NCBI GenBank assembly: GCA_964016885.1
Contig: OZ024759.1
Coordinates: forward strand, 5,704,001 to 5,768,000
Direction of reading: 5' to 3'
DNA length: 64,000 nt
Origin: Eledone cirrhosa
Lineage: Eukaryota
Shown here piece after piece: positions 12,101-26,600 of the stretch (positions are counted from its first letter, which is position 1; every line of letters begins with the position of its first letter). A program made the position numbers and the translations under genes. The notes beneath the pieces are model-generated. The model was given only the letters and a program-made list of their open reading frames with translations. It searched no databases and was not told the DNA's origin.

Positions 12101-14300
12101 ATTAGCTGTCAGAAGTAACTCCACTGTTGGTGAGAATTCATTTAAGTCATGGTATTAGATGTCAGAAGTAACTCCAATGTTGCTGAGAATTCATTTAAGT
12201 TCATGGTATTAGCTGTCAGAAGTAACTCCACTGTTGGTGAGAATTCATTTAAGTTCATGGTACTAGCTGTCAGAAGTAACTCCACTGTTGGTGAGAATTC
12301 ATTTAAGTTCATGGTATTAGCTGTCAGAAGGAACTCCACTGTTGGTGAGAATTCATTTAAGTTCATGGTATTAGCTGTCAGAAGTAACTCCACTGTTGGT
12401 GAGAATTCATTTAAGTTCATGGTACTAGCTGTCAGAAGTAACTCCAATGTTGGTGAGAATTCATTTAAGTTCATGGTATTAGCTGTCAGAAGTAACTCCA
12501 CTGTTGGTGAGAATTCATTTAAGTCATGGTATTAGCCGTCAGAAGTAACTCCAATGTTGGTGAGAATTCATTTAAGTTCATGGTATTAGCTGTCAGAAGT
12601 AACTCCACTGTTGGTGAGAATTCATTTAAGTTCATGGTATTAGCTGTCAGAAGTAACTCCACTGTTGGTGAGAATTCATTTAAGTTCATGGTACTAGCTG
12701 TCAGAAGTAACTACACTGTTGGTGAGAATTCATTTAAGTTCATGGTATTAGCTGTCAGAAGTAACTCCAATGTTGGTGAGAATTCATTTAAGTTCATGGT
12801 ATTAGCTGTCAGAAGTAACTCCACTGTTGGTGAGAATTCATTTAAGTTCATGGTATTAGCTGTCAGAAGTAACTCCACTGTTGGTGAGAATTCATTTAAC
12901 TTCATGCTACTAGCTGTCAGAAGTAACTCCACTGTTGGTGAGAATTCATTTAAGTTCATGGTATTAGCTGTCAGAAGGAACTCCACTGTTGGTGAGAATT
13001 CATTTAAGTTCATGGTATTAGCTGTCAGAAGTAACTCCACTGTTGGTGAGAATTCATTTAAGTCATGGTATTAGCCGTCAGAAGTAACTCCAATGTTGGT
13101 GAGAATTCATTTAAGTTCATGGTATTAGCTGTCAGAAGTAACTCCACTGTTGGTGAGAATTCATTTAAGTTCATGGTATTAGCTGTCAGAAGTAACTCCA
13201 CTGTTGGTGAGAATTCATTTAAGTTCATGGTACTAGCTGTCAGAAGTAACTACACTGTTGGTGAGAATTCATTTAAGTTCATGGTATTAGCTGTCAGAAG
13301 TAACTCCAATGTTGGTGAGAATTCATTTAAGTTCATGGTATTAGCTGTCAGAAGTAACTCCACTGTTGGTGAGAATTCATTTAAGTTCATGGTATTAGCT
13401 GTCAGAAGTAACTCCACTGTTGGTGAGAATTCATTTAACTTCATGGTACTAGCTGTCAGAAGTAACTCCACTGTTGGTGAGAATTCATTTAAGTTCATGG
13501 TATTAGCTGTCAGAAGGAACTCCACTGTTGGTGAGAATTCATTTAAGTTCATGGTATTAGCTGTCAGAAGTAACTCCACTGTTGGTGAGAATTCATTTAA
13601 GTTCATGGTACTAGCTGTCAGAAGTAACTCCACTGTTGGTGAGAATTCATTTAAGTTCATGGTATTAGCTGTCAGAAGGAACTCCACTGTTGGTGAGAAT
13701 TCATTTAAGTTCATGGTATTAGCTGTCAGAAGTAACTCCACTGTTGGTGAGAATTCATTTAAGTTCATGGTACTAGCTGTCAGATGTAACTCCAATGTTG
13801 GTGGGAATTCATTTAAGTTCATGGTATTAGCTGTCAGAAGTAACTCCACTGTTGGTGAGAATTCATTTAAGTCATGGTATTAGCCGTCAGAAGTAACTCC
13901 AATGTTGGTGAGAATTCATTTAAGTTCATGGTATTAGCTGTCAGAAGTAACTCCACTGTTGGTGAGAATTCATTTAAGTTCATGGTACTATCTGTCAGAA
14001 GTAACTCCACTGTTGGTGAGAATTCATTTACGTTCATGGTATTAGTTTGTCAGAAGTAACTCCACTGTTGGTGAGAATTCATTTAAGTCATGGTATTAGT
14101 TGTCAGAAGTAACTCCAATGTTGGTGAGAATTCATTTAAGTTCATGGTATTAGCTGTCAGAAGTAACTCCACTGTTGGTGAGAATTCATTTAAGTTCATG
14201 GTATTAGCTGTCAGAAGGAACTCCAATGTTGGTGAGAATTCATTTAAGTCATGGTACTAGCTGTCAGAAGTAACTCCACTATTGGTGAGAATTCATTTAA
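9132..14300. repeat. Duplicated block, offset about 3.4 kb (about 9.1-10.9 kb versus 12.6-14.3 kb)
   Basis: Matching frame-break landmarks: 9626/13074, 9617/13065 and 10435/13883 (offset 3448), then 10665/14059 and 10857/14251 (offset 3394, one monomer fewer). Both copies share the TTTAAC, TACTATC, TTTACG and ACTATT variants in the same order. Confidence 0.75.
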
Positions 14301-17300
14301 GTTCATGGTATTAGATGTCAGAAGTAACTCCAATGTTGCTGAGAATTCATTTAAGTTCATGGTATTAGCTGTCAGAAGTAACTCCACTGTTGGTGAGAAT
14401 TCATTTAAGTTCATGGTATTAGCTGTCAGAAGTAACCCACTGTTGGTGAGAATTCATTTAAGTTCATGGTACTAGCTGTCAGAAGTAACTACACTGTTGG
14501 TGAGAATTCATTTAAGTTCATGGTATTAGCTGTCAGAAGTAACTCCAATGTTGGTGAGAATTCATTTAAGTTCATGGTATTAGCTGTCAGAAGTAACTCC
14601 ACTGTTGGTGAGAATTCATTTAAGTTCATGGTATTAGCTGTCAGAAGTAACTCCACTGTTGGTGAGAATTCATTTAAGTTCATGGTACTAGCTGTCAGAA
14701 GTAACTCCAATGTTGGTGAGAATTCATTTAAGTTCATGGTATTAGCTGTCAGAAGTAACTCCACTGTTGGTGAGAATTCATTTAAGTGATGGTATTAGCC
14801 GTCAGAAGTAACTCCAATGTTGGTGAGAATTCATTTAAGTTCATGGTATTAGCTGTCAGAAGGAACGCCACTGTTGGTGAGATTCATTTAAGTTCATGGT
14901 ATTAGCTGTCAGAAGTAACTCCACTGTTGGTGAGAATTCATTTAAGTTCATGGTACTAGCTGTCAGAAGTAACTCCAATGTTGGTGAGAATTCATTTAAG
15001 TTCATGGTATTAGCTGTCAGAAGTAACTCCACTGTTGGTGAGAATTCATTTAAGTTATGGTATTAGCCGTCAGAAGTAACTCCAATGTTGGTGAGAATTC
15101 ATTTAAGTTCATGGTATTAGCTGTCAGAAGGAACGCCACTGTTGGTGAGAATTCATTTAAGTTCATGGTATTAGCTGTCAGAAGTAACTCCACTGTTGGT
15201 GAGAATTCATTTAAGTTCATGGTACTAGCTGTCAGAAGTAACTCCACTGTTGGTGAGAATTCATTTAAGTTCATGGTATTAGCTGTCAGAAGTAACTCCA
15301 CTGTTGGTGAGAATTCATTTAAGTTCATGGTACTAGCTGTCAGAAGTAACTCCAATGTTGGTGAGAATTCATTTAAGTTCATGGTATTAGCTGTCAGAAG
15401 TAACTCCACTGTTGGTGAGAATTCATTTAAGTCATGGTATTAGCCGTCAGAAGTAACTCCAATGTTGGTGAGAATTCATTTAAGTTCATGGTATTAGCTG
15501 TCAGAAGTAACTCCACTGTTGGTGAGAATTCATTTAAGTTCATGGTATTAGCTGTCAGAAGTAACTCCACTGTTGGTGAGAATTCATTTAAGTTCATGGT
15601 ACTATCTGTCAGAAGTAACTCCACTGTTGGTGAGAATTCATTTAAGTTCATGGTATTAGTTTGTCAGAAGTAACTCCACTGTTGGTGAGAATTCATTTAA
15701 GTCATGGTATTAGTTGTCAGAAGTAACTCCAATGTTGGTGAGAATTCATTTAAGTTCATGGTATTAGCTGTCAGAAGTAACTCCACTGTTGGTGAGAATT
15801 CATTTAAGTTCATGGTATTAGCTGTCAGAAGGAACTCCAATGTTGGTGAGAATTCATTTAAGTCATGGTACTAGCTGTCAGAAGTAACTCCACTGTTGGT
15901 GAGAATTCATTTAAGTTCATGGTATTAGATGTCAGAAGTAACTCCAATGTTGCTGAGAATTCATTTAAGTTCATGGTATTAGCTGTCAGAAGTAACTCCA
16001 CTGTTGGTGAGAATTTATTTAAGTTCATGGTATTAGCTGTCAGAAGTAACTCCACTGTTGGTGAGAATTCATTTAAGTTCATGGTACTAGCTGTCAGAAG
16101 TAACTACACTGTTGGTGAGAATTCATTTAAGTTCATGGTATTAGCTGTCAGAAGTAACTCCACTGTTGGTGAGAATTCATTTAAGTGATGGTATTAGCCG
16201 TCAGAAGTAACTCCAATGTTGGTGAGAATTCATTTAAGTTCATGGTATTAGCTGTCAGAAGGAACGCCACTGTTGGTGAGATTCATTTAAGTTCATGGTA
16301 TTAGCTGTCAGAAGTAACTCCACTGTTGGTGAGAATTCATTTAAGTTCATGGTACTAGCTGTCAGAAGTAACTCCAATGTTGGTGAGAATTCATTTAAGT
16401 TCATGGTATTAGCTGTCAGAAGTAACTCCACTGTTGGTGAGAATTCATTTAAGTCATGGTATTAGCCGTCAGAAGTAACTCCAATGTTGGTGAGAATTCA
16501 TTTAAGTTCATGGTATTAGCTGTCAGAAGGAACGCCACTGTTGGTGAGAATTCATTTAAGTTCATGGTATTAGCTGTCAGAAGTAACTCCACTGTTGGTG
16601 AGAATTCATTTAAGTTCATGGTACTAGCTGTCAGAAGTAACTCCACTGTTGGTGAGAATTCATTTAAGTTCATGGTATTAGCTGTCAGAAGTAACTCCAC
16701 TGTTGGTGAGAATTCATTTAAGTTCATGGTACTAGCTGTCAGAAGTAACTCCAATGTTGGTGAGAATTCATTTAAGTTCATGGTATTAGCTGTCAGAAGT
16801 AACTCCACTGTTGGTGAGAATTCATTTAAGTCATGGTATTAGCCGTCAGAAGTAACTCCAATGTTGGTGAGAATTCATTTAAGTTCATGGTATTAGCTGT
16901 CAGAAGTAACTCCACTGTTGGTGAGAATTCATTTAAGTTCATGGTATTAGCTGTCAGAAGTAACTCCACTGTTGGTGAGAATTCATTTAAGTTCATGGTA
17001 CTATCTGTCAGAAGTAACTCCACTGTTGGTGAGAATTCATTTAAGTTCATGGTATTAGTTTGTCAGAAGTAACTCCACTGTTGGTGAGAATTCATTTAAG
17101 TCATGGTATTAGTTGTCAGAAGTAACTCCAATGTTGGTGAGAATTCATTTAAGTTCATGGTATTAGCTGTCAGAAGTAACTCCACTGTTGGTGAGAATTC
17201 ATTTAAGTTCATGGTATTAGCTGTCAGAAGGAACTCCAATGTTGGTGAGAATTCATTTAAGTTCATGGTATTAGCTGTCAGAAGTAACTCCACTGTTGGT

Positions 17301-20300
17301 GAGAATTCATTTAAGTTCATGGTACTATCTGTCAGAAGTAACTCCACTGTTGGTGAGAATTCATTTACGTTCATGGTATTAGTTTGTCAGAAGTAACTCC
17401 ACTGTTGGTGAGAATTCATTTAAGTCATGGTATTAGTTGTCAGAAGTAACTCCAATGTTGGTGAGAATTCATTTAAGTTCATGGTATTAGCTGTCAGAAG
17501 TAACTCCACTGTTGGTGAGAATTCATTTAAGTTCATGGTATTAGCTGTCAGAAGGAACTCCAATGTTGGTGAGAATTCATTTAAGTCATGGTACTAGCTG
17601 TCAGAAGTAACTCCACTATTGGTGAGAATTCATTTAAGTTCATGGTATTAGATGTCAGAAGTAACTCCAATGTTGCTGAGAATTCATTTAAGTTCATGGT
17701 ATTAGCTGTCAGAAGTAACTCCACTGTTGGTGAGAATTCATTTAAGTTCATGGTATTAGCTGTCAGAAGTAACTCCACTGTTGGTGAGAATTCATTTAAG
17801 TTCATGGTACTAGCTGTCAGAAGTAACTACACTGTTGGTGAGAATTCATTTAAGTTCATGGTATTAGCTGTCAGAAGTAACTCCAATGTTGGTGAGAATT
17901 CATTTAAGTTCATGGTATTAGCTGTCAGAAGTAACTCCACTGTTGGTGAGAATTCATTTAAGTTCATGGTATTAGCTGTCAGAAGTAACTCCACTGTTGG
18001 TGAGAATTCATTTAAGTTCATGGTACTAGCTGTCAGAAGTAACTCCAATGTTGGTGAGAATTCATTTAAGTTCATGGTATTAGCTGTCAGAAGTAACTCC
18101 ACTGTTGGTGAGAATTCATTTAAGTGATGGTATTAGCCGTCAGAAGTAACTCCAATGTTGGTGAGAATTCATTTAATTTCATGGTATTAGCTGTCAGAAG
18201 GAACGCCACTGTTGGTGAGATTCATTTAAGTTCATGGTATTAGCTGTCAGAAGTAACTCCACTGTTGGTGAGAATTCATTTAAGTTCATGGTACTAGCTG
18301 TCAGAAGTAACTCCAATGTTGGTGAGAATTCATTTAAGTTCAGGGTATTAGCTGTCAGAAGTAACTCCACTGTTGGTGAGAATTCATTTAAGTCATGGTA
18401 TTAGCCGTCAGAAGTAACTCCAATGTTGGTGAGAATTCATTTAAGTTCATGGTATTAGCTGTCAGAAGGAACGCCACTGTTGGTGAGAATTCATTTAAGT
18501 TCATGGTATTAGCTGTCAGAAGTAACTCCACTGTTGGTGAGAATTCATTTAAGTTCATGGTACTAGCTGTCAGAAGTAACTCCACTGTTGGTGAGAATTC
18601 ATTTAAGTTCATGGTATTAGCTGTCAGAAGTAACTCCACTGTTGGTGAGAATTCATTTAAGTTCATGGTACTAGCTGTCAGAAGTAACTCCAATGTTGGT
18701 GAGAATTCATTTAAGTTCATGGTATTAGCTGTCAGAAGTAACTCCACTGTTGGTGAGAATTCATTTAAGTCATGGTATTAGCCGTCAGAAGTAACTCCAA
18801 TGTTGGTGAGAATTCATTTAAGTTCATGGTATTAGCTGTCAGAAGTAACTCCACTGTTGGTGAGAATTCATTTAAGTTCATGGTATTAGCTGTCAGAAGT
18901 AACTCCACTGTTGGTGAGAATTCATTTAAGTTCATGGTACTATCTGTCAGAAGTAACTCCACTGTTGGTGAGAATTCATTTAAGTTCATGGTATTAGTTT
19001 GTCAGAAGTAACTCCACTGTTGGTGAGAATTCATTTAAGTCATGGTATTAGTTGTCAGAAGTAACTCCAATGTTGGTGAGAATTCATTTAAGTTCATGGT
19101 ATTAGCTGTCAGAAGTAACTCCACTGTTGGTGAGAATTCATTTAAGTTCATGGTATTAGCTGTCAGAAGGAACTCCAATGTTGGTGAGAATTCATTTAAG
19201 TCATGGTACTAGCTGTCAGAAGTAACTCCACTGTTGGTGAGAATTCATTTAAGTTCATGGTATTAGATGTCAGAAGTAACTCCAATGTTGCTGAGAATTC
19301 ATTTAAGTTCATGGTATTAGCTGTCAGAAGTAACTCCACTGTTGGTGAGAATTTATTTAAGTTCATGGTATTAGCTGTCAGAAGTAACTCCACTGTTGGT
19401 GAGAATTCATTTAAGTTCATGGTACTAGCTGTCAGAAGTAACTACACTGTTGGTGAGAATTCATTTAAGTTCATGGTATTAGCTGTCAGAAGTAACTCCA
19501 CTGTTGGTGAGAATTCATTTAAGTGATGGTATTAGCCGTCAGAAGTAACTCCAATGTTGGTGAGAATTCATTTAAGTTCATGGTATTAGCTGTCAGAAGG
19601 AACGCCACTGTTGGTGAGATTCATTTAAGTTCATGGTATTAGCTGTCAGAAGTAACTCCACTGTTGGTGAGAATTCATTTAAGTTCATGGTACTAGCTGT
19701 CAGAAGTAACTCCAATGTTGGTGAGAATTCATTTAAGTTCATGGTATTAGCTGTCAGAAGTAACTCCACTGTTGGTGAGAATTCATTTAAGTCATGGTAT
19801 TAGCCGTCAGAAGTAACTCCAATGTTGGTGAGAATTCATTTAAGTTCATGGTATTAGCTGTCAGAAGGAACGCCACTGTTGGTGAGAATTCATTTAAGTT
19901 CATGGTATTAGCTGTCAGAAGTAACTCCACTGTTGGTGAGAATTCATTTAAGTTCATGGTACTAGCTGTCAGAAGTAACTCCACTGTTGGTGAGAATTCA
20001 TTTAAGTTCATGGTATTAGCTGTCAGAAGTAACTCCACTGTTGGTGAGAATTCATTTAAGTTCATGGTACTAGCTGTCAGAAGTAACTCCAATGTTGGTG
20101 AGAATTCATTTAAGTTCATGGTATTAGCTGTCAGAAGTAACTCCACTGTTGGTGAGAATTCATTTAAGTCATGGTATTAGCCGTCAGAAGTAACTCCAAT
20201 GTTGGTGAGAATTCATTTAAGTTCATGGTATTAGCTGTCAGAAGTAACTCCACTGTTGGTGAGAATTCATTTAAGTTCATGGTATTAGCTGTCAGAAGTA

Positions 20301-20601
20301 ACTCCACTGTTGGTGAGAATTCATTTAAGTTCATGGTACTATCTGTCAGAAGTAACTCCACTGTTGGTGAGAATTCATTTAAGTTCATGGTATTAGTTTG
20401 TCAGAAGTAACTCCACTGTTGGTGAGAATTCATTTAAGTCATGGTATTAGTTGTCAGAAGTAACTCCAATGTTGGTGAGAATTCATTTAAGTTCATGGTA
20501 TTAGCTGTCAGAAGTAACTCCACTGTTGGTGAGAATTCATTTAAGTTCATGGTATTAGCTGTCAGAAGGAACTCCAATGTTGGTGAGAATTCATTTAAGT
20601 C
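13928..20601. repeat. Head-to-tail duplication of a 62-monomer block (about 3337 bp): 13928-17264 and 17265-20601
   Basis: Landmarks 14059/17396 and 14251/17588 have offset 3337. Landmarks 14789/18127, 15057/18395, 15434/18772, 15865/19203, 16456/19794 and 16833/20171 have offset 3338. The 1-bp change in offset is explained by a deletion (AGTAACCCAC) near 14436. Confidence 0.88.
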
Positions 20602-23600
20602 ATGGTACTAGCTGTCAGAAGTAACTCCACTGTTGGTGAGAATTCATTTAAGTTCATGGTATTAGATGTCAGAAGTAACTCCAATGTTGCTGAGAATTCA
20701 TTTAAGTTCATGGTATTAGCTGTCAGAAGTAACTCCACTGTTGGTGAGAATTTATTTAAGTTCATGGTATTAGCTGTCAGAAGTAACTCCACTGTTGGTG
20801 AGAATTCATTTAAGTTCATGGTACTAGCTGTCAGAAGTAACTACACTGTTGGTGAGAATTCATTTAAGTTCATGGTATTAGCTGTCAGAAGGAACGCCAC
20901 TGTTGGTGAGATTCATTTAATTTCATGGTATTAGCTGTCAGAAGTAACTCCACTGTTGGTGAGAATTCATTTAAGTTCATGGTACTAGCTGTCAGAAGTA
21001 ACTCCAATGTTGGTGAGAATTCATTTAAGTTCATGGTATTAGCTGTCAGAAGTAACTCCACTGTTGGTGAGAATTCATTTAAGTCATGGTATTAGCCGTC
21101 AGAAGTAACTCCAATGTTGGTGAGAATTCATTTAAGTTCATGGTATTAGCTGTCAGAAGGAACGCCACTGTTGGTGAGAATTCATTTAAGTTCATGGTAT
21201 TAGCTGTCAGAAGTAACTCCACTGTTGGTGAGAATTCATTTAAGTTCATGGTACTAGCTGTCAGAAGTAACTCCACTGTTGGTGAGAATTCATTTAAGTT
21301 CATGGTATTAGCTGTCAGAAGTAACTCCACTGTTGGTGAGAATTCATTTAAGTTCATGGTACTAGCTGTCAGAAGTAACTCCAATGTTGGTGAGAATTCA
21401 TTTAAGTTCATGGTATTAGCTGTCAGAAGTAACTCCACTGTTGGTGAGAATTCATTTAAGTCATGGTATTAGCCGTCAGAAGTAACTCCAATGTTGGTGA
21501 GAATTCATTTAAGTTCATGGTATTAGCTGTCAGAAGTAACTCCACTGTTGGTGAGAATTCATTTAAGTTCATGGTATTAGCTGTCAGAAGTAACTCCACT
21601 GTTGGTGAGAATTCATTTAAGTTCATGGTACTATCTGTCAGAAGTAACTCCACTGTTGGTGAGAATTCATTTAAGTTCTTGGTATTAGTTTGTCAGAAGT
21701 AACTCCACTGTTGGTGAGAATTCATTTAAGTCATGGTATTAGTTGTCAGAAGTAACTCCAATGTTGGTGAGAATTCATTTAAGTTCATGGTATTAGCTGT
21801 CAGAAGTAACTCCACTGTTGGTGAGAATTCATTTAAGTTCATGGTATTAGCTGTCAGAAGGAACTCCAATGTTGGTGAGAATTCATTTAAGTCATGGTAC
21901 TAGCTGTCAGAAGTAACTCCACTGTTGGTGAGAATTCATTTAAGTTCATGGTATTAGATGTCAGAAGTAACTCCAATGTTGCTGAGAATTCATTTAAGTT
22001 CATGGTATTAGCTGTCAGAAGTAACTCCACTGTTGGTGAGAATTTATTTAAGTTCATGGTATTAGCTGTCAGAAGTAACTCCACTGTTGGTGAGAATTCA
22101 TTTAAGTTCATGGTACTAGCTGTCAGAAGTAACTACACTGTTGGTGAGAATTCATTTAAGTTCATGGTATTAGCTGTCAGAAGTAACTCCACTGTTGGTG
22201 AGAATTCATTTAAGTGATGGTATTAGCCGTCAGAAGTAACTCCAATGTTGGTGAGAATTCATTTAAGTTCATGGTATTAGCTGTCAGAAGGAACGCCACT
22301 GTTGGTGAGATTCATTTAAGTTCATGGTATTAGCTGTCAGAAGTAACTCCACTGTTGGTGAGAATTCATTTAATTTCATGGTACTAGCTGTCAGAAGTAA
22401 CTCCAATGTTGGTGAGAATTCATTTAAGTTCATGGTATTAGCTGTCAGAAGTAACTCCACTGTTGGTGAGAATTCATTTAAGTCATGGTATTAGCCGTCA
22501 GAAGTAACTCCAATGTTGGTGAGAATTCATTTAAGTTCATGGTATTAGCTGTCAGAAGGAACGCCACTGTTGGTGAGAATTCATTTAAGTTCATGGTATT
22601 AGCTGTCAGAAGTAACTCCACTGTTGGTGAGAATTCATTTAAGTTCATGGTACTAGCTGTCAGAAGTAACTCCACTGTTGGTGAGAATTCATTTAAGTTC
22701 ATGGTATTAGCTGTCAGAAGTAACTCCACTGTTGGTGAGAATTCATTTAAGTTCATGGTACTAGCTGTCAGAAGTAACTCCAATGTTGGTGAGAATTCAT
22801 TTAAGTTCATGGTATTAGCTGTCAGAAGTAACTCCACTGTTGGTGAGAATTCATTTAAGTCATGGTATTAGCCGTCAGAAGTAACTCCAATGTTGGTGAG
22901 AATTCATTTAAGTTCATGGTATTAGCTGTCAGAAGTAACTCCACTGTTGGTGAGAATTCATTTAAGTTCATGGTATTAGCTGTCAGAAGTAACTCCACTG
23001 TTGGTGAGAATTCATTTAAGTTCATGGTACTATCTGTCAGAAGTAACTCCACTGTTGGTGAGAATTCATTTAAGTTCACGGTATTAGTTTGTCAGAAGTA
23101 ACTCCACTGTTGGTGAGAATTCATTTAAGTCATGGTATTAGTTGTCAGAAGTAACTCCAATGTTGGTGAGAATTCATTTAAGTTCATGGTATTAGCTGTC
23201 AGAAGTAACTCCACTGTTGGTGAGAATTCATTTAAGTTCATGGTATTAGCTGTCAGAAGGAACTCCAATGTTGGTGAGAATTCATTTAAGTCATGGTACT
23301 ATCTGTCAGAAGTAACTCCACTGTTGGTGAGAATTCATTTAAGTTCACGGTATTAGTTTGTCAGAAGTAACTCCACTGTTGGTGAGAATTCATTTAAGTC
23401 ATGGTATTAGTTGTCAGAAGTAACTCCAATGTTGGTGAGAATTCATTTAAGTTCATGGTATTAGATGTCAGAAGTAACTCCAATGTTGCTGAGAATTCAT
23501 TTAAGTTCATGGTATTAGCTGTCAGAAGTAACTCCACTGTTGGTGAGAATTTATTTAAGTTCATGGTATTAGCTGTCAGAAGTAACTCCACTGTTGGTGA

Positions 23601-26600
23601 GAATTCATTTAAGTTCATGGTACTAGCTGTCAGAAGTAACTACACTGTTGGTGAGAATTCATTTAAGTTCATGGTATTAGCTGTCAGAAGTAACTCCAAT
23701 GTTGGTGAGAATTCATTTAAGTTCATGGTATTAGCTGTCAGAAGTAACTCCACTGTTGGTGAGAATTCATTTAAGTTCATGGTATTAGCTGTCAGAAGTA
23801 ACTCCACTGTTGGTGAGAATTCATTTAACTTCATGGTACTAGCTGTCAGAAGTAACTCCACTGTTGGTGAGAATTCATTTAAGTTCATGGTATTAGCTGT
23901 CAGAAGGAACTCCACTGTTGGTGAGAATTCATTTAAGTTCATGGTATTAGCTGTCAGAAGTAACTCCACTGTTGGTGAGAATTCATTTAAGTTCATGGTA
24001 CTAGCTGTCAGAAGTAACTCCAATGTTGGTGAGAATTCATTTAAGTTCATGGTATTAGCTGTCAGAAGTAACTCCACTGTTGGTGAGAATTCATTTAAGT
24101 CATGGTATTAGCCGTCAGAAGTAACTCCAATGTTGGTGAGAATTCATTTAAGTTCATGGTATTAGCTGTCAGAAGTAACTCCACTGTTGGTGAGAATTCA
24201 TTTAAGTTCATGGTATTAGCTGTCAGAAGTAACTCCACTGTTGGTGAGAATTCATTTAAGTTCATGGTATTAGCTGTCAGAAGGAACGCCACTGTTGGTG
24301 AGAATTCATTTAAGTTCATGGTATTAGCTGTCAGAAGTAACTCCACTGTTGGTGAGAATTCATTTAAGTTCATGGTACTAGCTGTCAGAAGTAACTCCAC
24401 TGTTGGTGAGAATTCATTTAAGTTCATGGTATTAGCTGTCAGAAGGAACTCCACTGTTGGTGAGAATTCATTTAAGTTCATGGTATTAGCTGTCAGAAGT
24501 AACTCCACTGTTGGTGAGAATTCATTTAAGTTCATGGTATTAGCTGTCAGAAGTAACTCCACTGTTGGTGAGAATTCATTTAACTTCATGGTACTAGCTG
24601 TCAGAAGTAACTCCACTGTTGGTGAGAATTCATTTAAGTTCATGGTATTAGCTGTCAGTAGGAACTCCACTGTTGGTGAGAATTCATTTAAGTTCATGGT
24701 ATTAGCTGTCAGAAGTAACTCCACTGTTGGTGAGAATTCATTTAAGTCATGGTATTAGCCGTCAGAAGTAACTCCAATGTTGGTGAGAATTCATTTAAGT
24801 TCATGGTATTAGCTGTCAGAAGTAACTCCACTGTTGGTGAGAATTCATTTAAGTTCATGGTATTAGCTGTCAGAAGTAACTCCACTGTTGGTGAGAATTC
24901 ATTTAAGTTCATGGTACTAGCTGTCAGAAGTAACTACACTGTTGGTGAGAATTCATTTAAGTTCATGGTATTAGCTGTCAGAAGTAACTCCAATGTTGGT
25001 GAGAATTCATTTAAGTTCATGGTATTAGCTGTCAGAAGTAACTCCACTGTTGGTGAGAATTCATTTAAGTTCATGGTATTAGCTGTCAGAAGTAACTCCA
25101 CTGTTGGTGAGAATTCATTTAACTTCATGGTACTAGCTGTCAGAAGTAACTCCACTGTTGGTGAGAATTCATTTAAGTTCATGGTATTAGCTGTCAGAAG
25201 GAACTCCACTGTTGGTGAGAATTCATTTAAGTTCATGGTATTAGCTGTCAGAAGTAACTCCACTGTTGGTGAGAATTCATTTAAGTTCATGGTACTAGCT
25301 GTCAGAAGTAACTCCACTGTTGGTGAGAATTCATTTAAGTTCATGGTATTAGCTGTCAGAAGGAACTCCACTGTTGGTGAGAATTCATTTAAGTTCATGG
25401 TATTAGCTGTCAGAAGTAACTCCACTGTTGGTGAGAATTCATTTAAGTTCATGGTACTAGCTGTCAGAAGTAACTCCAATGTTGGTGGGAATTCATTTAA
25501 GTTCATGGTATTAGCTGTCAGAAGTAACTCCACTGTTGGTGAGAATTCATTTAAGTCATGGTATTAGCCGTCAGAAGTAACTCCAATGTTGGTGAGAATT
25601 CATTTAAGTTCATGGTATTAGCTGTCAGAAGTAACTCCACTGTTGGTGAGAATTCATTTAAGTTCATGGTATTAGCTGTCAGAAGGAACTCCAATGTTGG
25701 TGAGAATTCATTTAAGTCATGGTACTAGCTGTCAGAAGTAACTCCACTATTGGTGAGAATTCATTTAAGTTCATGGTATTAGATGTCAGAAGTAACTCCA
25801 ATGTTGCTGAGAATTCATTTAAGTTCATGGTATTAGCTGTCAGAAGTAACTCCACTGTTGGTGAGAATTCATTTAAGTTCATGGTATTAGCTGTCAGAAG
25901 TAACTCCACTGTTGGTGAGAATTCATTTAAGTTCATGGTACTAGCTGTCAGAAGTAACTACACTGTTGGTGAGAATTCATTTAAGTTCATGGTATTAGCT
26001 GTCAGAAGTAACTCCAATGTTGGTGAGAATTCATTTAAGTTCATGGTATTAGCTGTCAGAAGTAACTCCACTGTTGGTGAGAATTCATTTAAGTTCATGG
26101 TATTAGCTGTCAGAAGTAACTCCACTGTTGGTGAGAATTCATTTAACTTCATGGTACTAGCTGTCAGAAGTAACTCCACTGTTGGTAAGAATTCATTTAA
26201 GTTCATGGTATTAGCTGTCAGAAGGAACTCCACTGTTGGTGAGAATTCATTTAAGTTCATGGTATTAGCTGTCAGAAGTAACTCCACTGTTGGTGAGAAT
26301 TCATTTAAGTTCATGGTACTAGCTGTCAGAAGTAACTCCAATGTTGGTGAGAATTCATTTAAGTTCATGGTATTAGCTGTCAGAAGTAACTCCACTGTTG
26401 GTGAGAATTCATTTAAGTGATGGTATTAGCCGTCAGAAGTAACTCCAATGTTGGTGAGAATTCATTTAAGTTCATGGTATTAGCTGTCAGAAGGAACGCC
26501 ACTGTTGGTGAGATTCATTTAAGTTCATGGTATTAGCTGTCAGAAGTAACTCCACTGTTGGTAAGAATTCATTTAAGTTCATGGTACTAGCTGTCAGAAG

